Below are positions 45,539-57,749 of a stretch of 64,000 nt of DNA, one piece after another (within the stretch, counting starts at the first letter, position 1; each line of letters opens with the position of its first letter). Where the stretch lies: contig NC_081334.1 in assembly GCF_022539665.2 (NCBI RefSeq), forward strand, positions 2,170,001-2,234,000. Reading direction: 5' to 3'. Origin of the DNA: Daphnia carinata (taxonomy: Eukaryota). Under the pieces are notes generated by a model, which was not told where the DNA came from, did not search any database, and was given only the letters and a program-made list of their open reading frames with translations. A program made the translations under genes and the position numbers.

Positions 45539-47764
45539 CTGTTACACAAAAACATATTTTAAAGTAATCACACTAGGAATACATTAAAACACTTACCTTG
45601 TGACCCTCTACAGAAAAAATGTAGATCAGAATGAAACAAATTAGATTATATAGAGAGGTCAAGAAGTAAAATCTAGCGAGGACGGTCTATCTAGCGAGTA
45701 AAGGTAGACAGCAGACTACACGCAAGCCAATATAAAAATATGCCTGGAAAAAAAAACTGTCCGATGAGCCACGGTTTAAGGCGCCTCTTGTGGACGCAAA
45801 AGTCATTATGAGAAATTTTATCCGTCACAAATTAAATGTTTTTAAACATTTAAAGTACTTATCCAAATGAAAATTTAACTTAAGAAAATTAATATGTTTG
45901 AGTAATACAAAGTCGTTATTGTGTATTATTTTCACAGCGCAACAACCAATAATGACTTTATGTTACTCAAACATATTATTTATACCTAAAACAAGCAATT
46001 ATTCTCATTGCTATTAGAATTACATTCATTATAATTGTTGCAGCACAAAATGCAAAGTTAATAGTAATAGTATAATAATGAAGTTAAGTAGAATATAAGA
46101 AAATAATTATTGTATGTTATATTTTAATAAAATAAAGTTATTAATTTAAAAAATCATATATTTATATGGCTAGAATGCGTAAAGTTGTATTTAGAAAATT
46201 AAATAGGAATCTGGCCGATAGATGGCCATAGCTGTAAAAAAGAAAATAAAAAGCCGAAATTTTTTTTTTTTTTTTTGGTAAAACGGATTGCCATATCTAC
46301 TTACCGAAAGCTGATTTACTAGTATTTTGCCTCGGGAATCACCCCATTTCACACCAACTCGGCCGACACTCAGCTATTCTGCTTTTCCCAAGAAGAGATT
46401 GACACAACCTTACCTTTCAGCAGATACGTAATCGGGGACAGTCAGTCGGATGTTTCGCATCCCCTTGTTGATGGTTACGCAGAGCCTAGGGAAACCTTAC
46501 ACTTTAGCAAGGCAAGGTAGTCCTCGTAAACCTACTGCCTGGTGGCTGACTGCTGGTGTATTTTCTGGCGTAATGTAAATTAACAACATTAAGTAACCTA
46601 GAGAGAAAAAAATATTAGAAGGAAACAAAGATGGTTCTTAATGTTCTCATAAAAATTATACCTTGATAGGTCTTACGATTTTTGAAAGACTTAACAGAGG
46701 ATGATGGCTATTACAATTACCAGCAACTCAACTATGTATATGCACCGTTGAAAATAAAAATTTAAGCAAAATCGGAATTACAATTAACAGGCGGTCAACT
46801 ATTTTCACGTTCACCCGCAAATGCCTAGCACTCCTCTGGTTGTTGAGTTGGCTGGTGGCACCTTATAAGTGAGAAACCGATTGTAAACGAAAGAAAGTAA
46901 TACCACTAATGTTATTCCTTAAGGAAATTTCTCGGGCGTAGCTTTTTTAACCCAAAGGGTTAAGTAACGTAGGACCAAAGGAGTTGATATCAAAATCACA
47001 CCTGATTTTGAGTGTTCATAGATGTTCCAGTAGCAATCATTCCTGGATCTTTCAGTAAATGCATAGAATTTCTGATTATTACCAAAGGATAACTGCTGCA
47101 GTGAAGAAGTTTCTGGAATGCTAATGAAGATCTTTTATACATGGTGCCCATAAAACATCATATTACCGTTTGAAAGACAACTTCCTTAGATCAAGGGCAA
47201 AATCAAAACTTTGCCAGTCCTTATGAACCCACTCCCTTGTGAATGCTGGTGATTTTTTTTTGTATAAGTTTCAATATTATCCATGTGTTTTAACTGCTGT
47301 AAGTACTAGCTGTAATTGTTCCACTGTAATGGAAGTCATCAACAAGTGCCCTGGACAGAAAAAAATTCCTATCAGAACAAAACAGTCTACAACTTACCTT
47401 ATAGAGACCAAAACAAAAATGGATGGTTAGTGTCAATACTAAAATCTTAATCTTTCAAAGACAACAAAATTTGTCCTTCTCAAAATGAACCAAAAATTAG
47501 CATCATCTAATGATTCACAAGTTAGTAATCACAGATTACGGTGGGCAAGTGGAAATTGAAAAACACAATACACACCTACCAATGTGAGTCGAAATCCCGA
47601 TGATATTCCTGATTGATGTGCTTCACGACACTTCTAGGTTTTGTAATAAACTTATGTCAATGCTTTTAAATTATTTTGCATATCTTTTATCTTTTCTCTA
47701 ATTAGCGTACCTTGAACAGTGTTGAAAAATGAGTAAATTTAATGGCGAAAGTCCCAAAAACCAC

Positions 47765-47938
47765 GAGGTCAAGAAGTAAAATCTAGCGAGGAAGGCAGAC
47801 AGCAGGCTGCACGCGTTAAGCAAACTTAGAAATGTATGACAAAAAAAAACTAACCCCATGAGCCACGGTTTAAGGCGCCTCTTGTGGACACAACGGTCAT
47901 TACGAGAAACTTCATCCGTCACGAATAAAATGTTTTAA
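47765..47938 (-). repeat. Third, diverged copy of the arm's upstream/putative promoter segment
   Basis: 28-bp identity gaggtcaagaagtaaaatctagcgagga (47765-47792 = 45655-45682) and 32-bp identity atgagccacggtttaaggcgcctcttgtggac (47858-47889 = 45764-45795), with diverged sequence between and after. Confidence 0.88.
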
Positions 47939-48675
47939 TATCCCTATTATGTATCCCTTTTTCGTCAAATTGTTCGACTTTTAAAATAAACCCGACAAAA
48001 TAAGCCAATCTTTGCACGAATGAAAGGGAACTGAGTTAAATCTACTAAAGGATGAGATAAGCTAAAAAGAAATACCAAAAGGGAAACAAAACAGCAACAG
48101 ATGCGGAACTAACTAAATAGATGTGTCTGTAGAGAGCTGTCCTACAGGGTAGGACAGCTGATAACATATGGATGGCAAGGAAAAAAAACGGCAAAATGAC
48201 AGAATATGATCCTATACATCGAGCAACCTATTTCCTACCATTAGATGCTGGCGCGTAATAAAATAAAATAATAAATAAAATTTTAAAAAATTAAAAAACC
48301 ACCATTTTACTTGTGTCGCGCCAGTACCTTCTGGTAGAAAGCTGGGTCTGCGTAAATCGGGGACAAGCCCTACATACCATACAGTCACCACCGTTTTATT
48401 AAACACAATACCTGTTCAATTCTCGTCGATCGACCAAAACTTTACATTTTCTTGAGATACATCATACCTTGCATTGTGCCATTTAAATTTTTTTTCTTCA
48501 GAAACAAGGTTTACTATGTATTTTTTTGTTGTTGTAAGCCTGTAATAGAATATAAGGTGAAGCAATAAGACAAGCATTTAGATCATTAACAGCGAAATAA
48601 ACCTGGACACCAAATTATAAAGAATTGACAACCATTCCTTGAAGACAGTCAGTATCTCTTACACTAACTTTACTT

Positions 48676-49208
48676 TTAAGAAGATTTGGCTTTCTCAATG
48701 AAACTGGCAAGTTTCACATCTTTTTGGCTGAGTCCATTGACATCATGCGTGGAAAGGGTGATTTGGATTTTGTTGTAGACATTGAACCATTCAGGGTGAT
48801 GATCCATCTTCTCTGCTTGTAGTGCCACCTTAGACATAAATCCCCAAGCCTGTCAAAAGTAAAATATTTGTCAATAGGTTATCGTGCAAGCAAAATTGAA
48901 GTTTGAGTTGTGCTACCTGGTTAAAATCCTGACAAACAAATTCTTTGTAAATGGCATCTCTGTTACTAACCAAAGTCCACCCAGCTTCATGCAAGGGAGT
49001 TAAAAACGTGGTTCTCTCCTCCTCAGTTAATTTAGTTGTTGCCTAAAATCCATTAGTTAATGACGTTTTTCATACGACAATAAGTATAAATGAACACAAG
49101 GAAATCAGAGGTTACCATTTTCTTTCCGCGTTGGAACGTATGTGACCAACTTAAGGAAGGGGCAAATAGAAAAGACCTCTTCAACAAATTCCGGGTCACT
49201 ATGCTCAT
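48676..49208 (-). CDS. PCBD: Pterin-4-alpha-carbinolamine dehydratase (PCD/DCoH), 3 coding exons
   Basis: Manual translation: [31 protein letters not shown] | [42 protein letters not shown] | [57 protein letters not shown]. Contains the signature [11 protein letters not shown] and LSTHD. Missed by the ORF track because the exons are short. Confidence 0.95.
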
Positions 49209-51090
49209 TTATGGCCTAGCTTCGAGCAAAACTAAATATTGCCTCGAAATTTTTGAGATCAGACGTTTAACTTCGCCTTCTGGGCTTTTAGCGCAATATT
49301 TTGGTAGTTTCAGCCAGCGTTGCCAATTAAAAAAACACTCTTTATAAAAAAAATTAAGAAAAAGTTGAAAAGGGTTTTTAAATACAATAAATTGGAACAC
49401 GTAGAATTAAATTTGTAATTAAAAAAAACAATCAAACTGCATTCTACGATTAACATATATTCACTTTCGTAGTAGTAAAGTTTGTAGTTTCCCATGTAGA
49501 GGCACCTAGTGGATTTTACTTAAACTACTCGCTAAATTCTAGGCACGCTTGTACTAAAATATTTAAAAAGAAGTTTACGATTAATACATTCCTTAAACGG
49601 TGTTAATTGAAAAAATTCTAACGCCAGGCTTTAGTTACATTCTCAAGCCAAATGCCAGCTACCCAAACCGTATTTTTAGTGTTGCTTCTTCTCTACTGTG
49701 ATATCCTCTATTGTATTAGTTAGAAACTGAAAACTAAAAAGATTATAAAATTCCTAACAAATTCACTTTGACAGGTACTACTTCTAATGAAGAAATGTTA
49801 GGTGTTGTTTCTGTTTAATACGTATTCGTCATGCGCCTGATATCTACTGTGTTTCGCGAAGCAACTAAATTGTTTTATTACCACTACATCTATTTTGGAG
49901 CCAAAATCGAACTGGCGTGATTTTGTGATGGGAACTAGCCTGACACTTTTCAAATGAATAATGTTTGATGCATGGTGTGCTTAAACCCCCCAGATTATGG
50001 ACAGGGATTAAATCATACACTTTGAATAAATAGCACAAACGCAACTTGCATTATATATCCTTTGTATACTGTATAGATGTGTGTATGTAAGAGCATGGCA
50101 CTTGCCCAGCAGCAACATTAACGAGCGCATCCATTTCATTTCCGTCATTTCATAACACGAAACCAAAAAGGGCAACAAACTCTCTTTGGAGGAGAATTTT
50201 AGAAACATTGTGCGCATGCTTGTGTTTACAACAACAAACCCCTCGGCTGCTGGTGAGAAACGAGGAGACGGGGAGGATAGGCTAGAAAAGAACGAAAGAA
50301 AAAAAAATGAAAATGGAAAAAAAAAAAAAAAAAAAACAAGTAGAAAGAAACCATGGCTCGCGTTACATGACGGGTATAGTGCCTTGCATCAGAGGGGCTT
50401 GTCATAAACAAGCAAAATGACCACGTGGTTTAACATTTCATAAACTTCCAGCATGGGCTCGCTAACAATTGGAGATACACAAGATTTATCGAAATAGTTG
50501 CAGCATTTTTACAGGCATAAAGCGATGAGATAGATGGATGCGTAACAGGTTAAGCCATTAGAGTCCACCATCAAAGATTTCAATTACGATCGCAATGGAG
50601 GACAATATAAGTCCACAATTTAACACAACACACACAAAGAGATGAAAAAATAACTCTGAAAGAGCAGCCACCTTTGATAGAATGTACCTTTTGATAAAAA
50701 CAAAAATAATAATAATAACAATAATATGAAGATGAACGTCATGTCACTGCAATCCTTTGGTCACAAACACAGGATTCAAAGATCGCCTGCAGTATTGACA
50801 AATCACTGGCCACTGGCAACAAAACACACACAAACACACTCAATCATCAGCACCGAACCAGGAGATTTGAAGGACTCGTTATTGTTTGCCTCTTAGAGAT
50901 TTCTTCATTATCTCCGTCATACAGCCCGCTTAAAACGCTGGCCCTCGTCACCAATCTGCGGTGACCGGAAATGGTATGGGGGAGGCGTTCATTTTTTCTT
51001 CTTTTGGGAGGATGGTAGGGTAGCGGTTCTTCTTGGTTTTAATATTCATTTGTCTAGCAAAGCAGCATGTTGAGGAATCGTTTATAATCA

Positions 51091-54000
51091 TCACAGAGTG
51101 CTTTCATATTGGACGGCCAGTGGTGCGGAAGGAGCTAGCTGCTCCATTTCGACGCAGGGCGGAGTCTCGTCCTCGGGGAAAGTAATCTTGTCGGCCTTGT
51201 ACCAGACGACCAGGTCTACGAAGAACGCACAAAGCATCAACGCTCCTGTCGTACCTGTATGTAAATTAAAATGTAAAACAATTGAAATAGATAGATAAAC
51301 ACAAGCCTGGAAAAAAATAAACAAGCAAACAGTAAAAGTCAAACGGAAAATGATACCGTGAAACGAGACTCGGAAGGTTTTGGCGTCATAGAGCCAACAA
51401 GCACCTTGTTCGCCGCATGTCTTTTCCCATACAAAACAGGCTGAGTCGACCACAGCGCCGTAAATAATTGGACACGGCACGTTGGCTTAAAAAGAGAAAG
51501 AAAAAAATTAGCAATGCTCCTCACTAACGAAGCGCGTTCTTTTGTTTTTCTTTAAAGGAAAATACCAAACAATCCAATGGCAAATTGAATCAACCCGAGA
51601 GCCATAGCTTTATCTTTGGCGTGTACGCATCGAAGAGTAAGCAGCATGGAGCCCACCTCACTCGTTGAATGTATCAAAACAAACAGCGAAAAGATTCCAA
51701 TATACCAGATGTAGTTGTTACATTCAAGGTGGCAGTAGCCTGAAGTAGCCGTCACGCCCACATCGAGACATTCGCAGTTGGAGTACTGTCAAAATTACGA
51801 AAATCAGTGTACAATAAGGCTATTGTAATTCATTAAATGAGTTCTATTTTACCTCGGTGCTTCCCACTTGTCCACCGACGTGGGTGAGATTGGCGCAACC
51901 GGCGTGACAGGCTGAAAAGTAAGTTTCACCCGTCGATGTACAAATAGGAGCAAACACGCTACTGTCACATTCACACGTCCGATTGCAAGGTATTTTGATT
52001 GTCATTCCGCTGGTCAACAGGAGGGACGGATAAATGTGTTTTTATTTCATTTTTAATTCTTTCATGTTGGTTTTACCTATCGGTTTGTTCCAAACCAGAG
52101 AAATCACTCATCGGACATCCCAGTAACATCAGCAGAGCCATCCCTTCAAAACCAAACAAAATATTTCATTAGGAAAATCGAAAAACATGAATAATTGTAA
52201 TGAAATTACCAATAGCATAAAGAAGTGCAGTTAGGGCTATCCACGCCGCAACAAATTTGGGGCTGGGTTTTCTTAGACGAATGAACACTCCACTGAAAAA
52301 GATGCCAATACCCATTACTCCAATACCGCCGATACCTAAATACAGAAAAAGTGAAAAGCCATGAGCCAATGAACGTGACTAATTTCACGTTAACTAAAAA
52401 AACGAAATATGCAACGAACCAGAGATCATGTTGGCGGAGTGGGCGGTCATTCTGAATTGCGATTCTAGATATTTCGGAAGAAAAGTGTAAAGGCCCGCCA
52501 CTGGTAGAATATGGAGGACGCTGCTAGCAGTTCGAAAGAGAAGGATATCATTCTTCAAGAGCCGACGAATGGCTTTAGGAAAGTCTTTCAAACTGGGGTT
52601 CTTGCTCCGCATTGCAGACACTTGTTGCACTTTGGGTTTTGCTTCTGGCGACGCTATTTTACCATTGACTTGTTTCTTATGCTGGCCAGTCCGCTTGCCC
52701 TTCCTGGGCAACCGCCGTGGAAAGGCAAACATGGAAAAGGAAGCCAATAAAATAGTGGAAGCGACGAAGATCATTCCTATTTTATAGGTTCATTCGTTAG
52801 GCGATTGAATTGCTGAAAGTTTTTTTGAAAATTAAAACTTTACCAAGCCACCACGCCCCGATCCAACGAGGATCTTTTGGCGTAACGTCAGGTTCGACTA
52901 ACGGATCCACATAAATTGACGTGCACAACGAGCCCAGGACGAAGCCAAAGACAGGTCCCAGAATCTTGACACCAATGTTTATAGCTAAATTCGAGAAAAC
53001 AAATTAAAATTAAATACATTCTTAAACGGGATATCGTTAACGTAGTATTTTTATACCGAAATAGGTAGGAGATTCTCGATTTGCCACATTATCATCCATA
53101 TATGGGATACCAAGTGTTTCGACGGCAGTCCGGCCCATGCCGATACCCAAAAGACTCAAGAAAAAGAAAGCCAAAACAACTGTCGTCGTTCGTGAAATGG
53201 CCTGTTGTTTGCTACTCTCTGTAAATATACGGAAAAATATTAACTAATTAATGAACAATTTCTTTAAATAACACGAACACAGAGGAGTTTACAACTTACT
53301 AGCGCATTGCTCGTTACGTTCAAGTTCAGATATTTGCGGGCCCAAGCTGAGATTGGCATTCTCCACCTGTCGGCAGATGAGATCCATTTCCAGTTTTTGT
53401 GGACCTGAAAGACGAGAAGGATCCATCGGTGCAACTAAACTGAGTCCGCTTTGCAGATCGGGCGATAACATAGAAGAGAGTGACGAAGAGGATCCCGTGT
53501 TGGGTTTGGTCCTCCAAAAGAGAAAATGGGGTAGGGAGCAGAGTGCGGCGGAGGCGCCAAAGAGAACCATACCCCAGCCGATCCATTTGGGACGGTGGCC
53601 TTGGCCACCGTAATAAGTGAGAAGGAGAGCGCCACCAATTTGTCCTATTTCGGTAGCGCTCATGATGATACCAGTCGTTTTCGACTGGATTTGGAAGAGT
53701 TTTTCGATTGTGGTCAGCACGCTGACAAAGTACGTGTAGAACATTCCCTGGAGTACGCAAGCCAGACAGAAGACGGCCAGGAACATCTGTTTGGAGGCCA
53801 GCGGCTGGAGCCACGCGGGTGAGAAACACGGGCCGAGACCGCAGAGTAGCTCCTCGTCTTCATCTTCTTCGCCATCGACGTCCATGTTAGTAGCGGGATG
53901 AACAGCGTCGCTGCCGCCATTTAGCCGTTTGATGACCGGCTGACTGACGACCGCCAACCTGTGAGATTCATCATCTTTTGGACTGAAGGAAGGGCTGTTA

Positions 54001-54170
54001 TCCAAGCCATTTTGCCCCATTAGCCTGTCTGATCCGTTGGGTGCTATGGGCCAACCCGGTCCGCCTCCACCTCCGCTGCTACCTTCGATCGCTCGGTGAC
54101 TCAGCAGGGCAGGATCAGAGTCATCCGATGTTGGAAGCGGATCGAAGCGGGAAGAGCCTCGCTTCACCAT
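51091..54170 (-). CDS. Oatp74D: Organic anion transporting polypeptide, Oatp74D/Ecdysone importer-like, multi-exon
   Basis: QGMFYTYFVSVLTTIEKLFQIQSKTTG, GHRPKWIGWG, LPHF; DPRWIGAWWLG; LLKNDILLFRTASSVLHILPVAGLYTFLPKYLESQF; Cys-rich Kazal-like loop; LRCVHAKDKAMALG; PCPIIYGAVVDSACFVWEKTCGEQGACWLYD. Probable ATG at 54168-54170, TGA at 51091-51093. The OATP family call is firm; the 74D subfamily call is from recalled similarity. Confidence 0.9.
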
Positions 54171-57100
54171 CGTCACAACCGATTGATCTGTCAATAAAAA
54201 TGTGGAGCAAAAGAAATGATCAGTAAATAGATGGAGTAGCTGAAAATCAAAGTGCCGGTGCTAGTCGACAACGCAGACTAAATTTTCTGAAGGAGATCAG
54301 CGAGTTTCATGACCTAATAATCAAATGCTGCTCTAAAAATGCGGAAGCGAAAACGAGACGACAGTCAAGGCTAGTAAATCCACGTGATCCAGCATTTTCT
54401 TAAGGTCGAAAAAGGAAGAAAAGGGGGAACAGTTGCTAATAAGATTCGCAACCGTCTCTACAGTGAAGAAAACAACAACGCAGTCAAGGGTAATGTTCCA
54501 GTGTCGGTTCACTATGGTTCCTCGCACTTGGCACAAGAAGGCCCGCATCCTCAGTAGGTTAGCGCTAGCGCAAATTGAATTACCACCAAAAAGAGCCCAT
54601 TTAAATTTGATAGTTTCAGCCGGCTCCGTTTACATGATTTTAGGAGGGCAAGAGCAAGGCCAGTAGTTCCCATCGAATGAAACCAGCCATTTTGCGAGCG
54701 TCTAAAAGTTAGAAGTCCGTTCTTTTTTGAAGAATCAAATGGCACGTATGAAGTATTAGCAACAAAAGATTTTGTTTAAGAAAAAAAAAACGGATTCAAT
54801 GGACTAGGAAGAAAGAGGAGAAAAGAGACAGAAGAATTCAGGTCAAGGGTCATTGGACTTTGGTTGGGAACGTCAGGCCGGAAAAGGAATTAATCGGTAA
54901 AAAAACTGACGATGCACACTGTACTACTTTTTTTCGGAGAAGAATTTGAATCTATGCGAATCGCAAAAGAAGGGAAACATAAATGAAAACGAAACAGCAC
55001 GGCGAAAAAAAAAACGGATCGAATTACGTGCTGCTGACTATGTTGTGCGTCCCGGCTGCTTTTGTAAATAAAAGCCGAATGAAACAAATCCATTCACAAC
55101 GGTCGGGAATAACACGTTTTTGCATGATTGACAGAAACAAAACAAAAACAGCGCAAGTCAGAGGTTAGTTTCGGGAGAGGGCAAAGAAAAAAAAAAAAAA
55201 AGGCCTGAATGGCACATCGCGGTGGGGGGTTGCGCTAATTCGGCCGATCGACTGCCATATAGAGAAAAACCTTGGCTTGCGCGACTCAATTCTTGGTCAG
55301 CTGTGTGGGTCGGGCTCCCGGGGTATTTTGACATGGAAAGTATCTTTCACGCACCAAATAGCCCCTCGTGTCTCGAGTGATAAGTCTTGGCCTCGATTCT
55401 CGTTCCGACAGCCGACACCAAACGGACGGAGAGGAGTGCACGGCGGCCAGTTAAAACCAGACAAACGGAAAGACAAGGGCCTCGGAAAATAAAATAAAAC
55501 GACATGCAATTACGATGCACTATAAATACAAAAAATCTAACTCAACACATATTTCTACCCTACAGCCATTTCTCAGCTAACCTCGAAAACAAAAAAATAA
55601 TTTTTTGTGTTCCGAACCGCCATGGTGGCAGTTTTCTCCGCTGCTCTCTAGTTTTCTTTTTTCGTTATAGGTGCGCCCCAGCAGCTAACGATAAACTTGG
55701 TCAGCTGTTTTTTTCGTGGGGCGATTCTACTCGAATGTTAAAACATTCGAGCCCTCGGCTTGGCAATCGGCACCGACCGTTGACTAGCGACAAACACATG
55801 TTGGGAAAGTTTACAATAACACAAACTTTTTGGGATGTATGGGCATCGTCAGCACGATAGTCCTCAGATTTGACCTTACAAAGACCGAGAGAAAGAGACC
55901 GCCAAAACAGACGGGATCAATTATGTATGTTTCGACAGTGGGATTTTTTTTTCTTCTGGGAGGAGGGAGCAATCTGGACCCAGAGATTAGCCAGCGGCCG
56001 CTCTTGTTCGAACGAGTGAAAAAGCAGTAGCAACAAGAGCGACATCATCGACCTTGGTTTTTCCTATGGATAATGCACCCAAAATTGGAAAGACTGTACA
56101 AGAAACTGTGGCTGGGCTGATCCAGCGTTTAAAAAAAAAAAAAAAAAGAAGAAGAAAACGATAGGGCGAAAGAAAAAGGAGATACGTAGTTAAAGATCAT
56201 TTATTCATCGAGTGAAAGTCCCATTCAGACGATGACGTCAGAACTAATCTTACTGCATCAGCTAAGGAAATCAAGAGTTTTCACATCACTAAAACCGCCA
56301 TTTTCGTTTTTTAAAAGGTACGATGGATTGGAAAATTTTCGCGAATCGATCCTATCCACGCTCCCAAGAATGATCTCAAGAAAGAGAGAAAAAGGATTCG
56401 CACGCTAACACGTTGACGTTGTTATCCAAAATAATCTTCCGCTCAGCCGGTACGCCCGGCTCATTCCCAGGTAGAATGAGGTCACATAAGTCACCTGACG
56501 CAGACCCCATTTCGTTTCTGTCTTTCCTCTTTCTGTTTTCTTAAAAGAGACGATATCAAGATAAATTCCAACACGAAGTCCTCTTCGACAAGTCAGTTCT
56601 ACCCTCCCCTCCTTAAAAAAAAAATCGGTTATTTGTTCACCTTCATTTCTACTAGGTCGTTGTTGTTTTTCTTTTGTTTCTGCTTGTTTATTTGTTTTGT
56701 TTGTTTGTTTTTTTTTTTTCGACAGGGGAAGGGCATTGTTTTTTTTTGTTTGCTAACTGCTAAAGAACAGCGTGACTATCGTTCACTTTGAATCTTCGTT
56801 TTTTTTTCTCCCCCTTGCCCTCCAGGAGACAGTGGTTTCTTGCAAATTCTAAATACAACGAATCGCTAGCCAAAAGAGAAAGGATAAAAAAGAAATAGAA
56901 ATCGCCTACCCCAAAGGGGAGGAAAACGCAACGTCTGGAGAATGGCACACAAACAAAAAAAAATAAAGGAATAACTAAATGAATGGATTCGTCTCCGCAA
57001 CACACAAACCACACACCCTTAAAGCAGACGGAACAAGGCAGGTGTGGAGGTGGTCCAATCTGGGAGGAAAAAGCAGTCCGTGATTCCTCAAGAAAAGCTT

Positions 57101-57743
57101 CTGGGTTCTCGTCCTTTATTCTTTTTGTGTGTTTTTCTTCCTTCAGACAGACAGCACAAACTTCATTTCACTGCACATTGGCAAGGGTCTCAACTTGAAA
57201 GGAGTCTGGTTGGTCTCAACTCAAACGCCTGTATGCGACGCGAGAAGACTTTCGGTGCGCAGCGGAGGGATGGGACTTGTGTGAATCGAAAAGGTGGTGG
57301 CCTTCAAAGTCCTGTTATATGCCTGGCGGCAGCAGAAAGCAGGCAGACTCACCAGCCCTCCTCCCCCCAACTGCACAACTCCTCCCAAAAACGATGCCGC
57401 GTGAGCAACAGAAACACAGCGGCTCGCATGCCCCCCACCCCCCTCCTTAAAGACACATACACACACTCTCTCTCTCTTGCGTTCGTTTTAAACAGCCGAC
57501 CAAAGAAACGTTTTAGCCGACTCCTCCTCTTCTCTCGCAGACACTTTATCTATTCTTTGGTTGTCACTAAAATAAAAAAGAAAAGCGAAAAAGGGACTAA
57601 CACACATCGAAAAATTTAACCATGCGGATGAATCGATTGGCCAATCGGAAGCTAGCTCCGCCGGAGGAGGAATGACCTCTTTGCCTTTCTAGTGCAGCAA
57701 TTGGCACGCGTCGCTTTTCCTTCGTCACATCCTCTACGTTCTC

Positions 57744-57749
57744 AACTGA
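57744..57749 (-). promoter_or_regulatory. Candidate initiator (TCAGTT) for the OATP gene
   Basis: aactga on + is TCAGTT on -, about 3.6 kb upstream of the OATP ATG. The ATG is preceded by a splice acceptor (~54188), implying an upstream 5' exon. Confidence 0.3.

Larger units (their letters stand above)
42866..46409 (-). repeat. Right arm (A') of large inverted duplication
   Basis: Reverse complement of 33590-37141 with scattered substitutions and small indels. Confidence 0.97.

Noticed and set aside
33590..46409. Intact giant TIR/Foldback transposon
   Set aside because: No target-site duplication at the outer ends, no transposase recognised in the core, and the arms consist of host-gene fragments.
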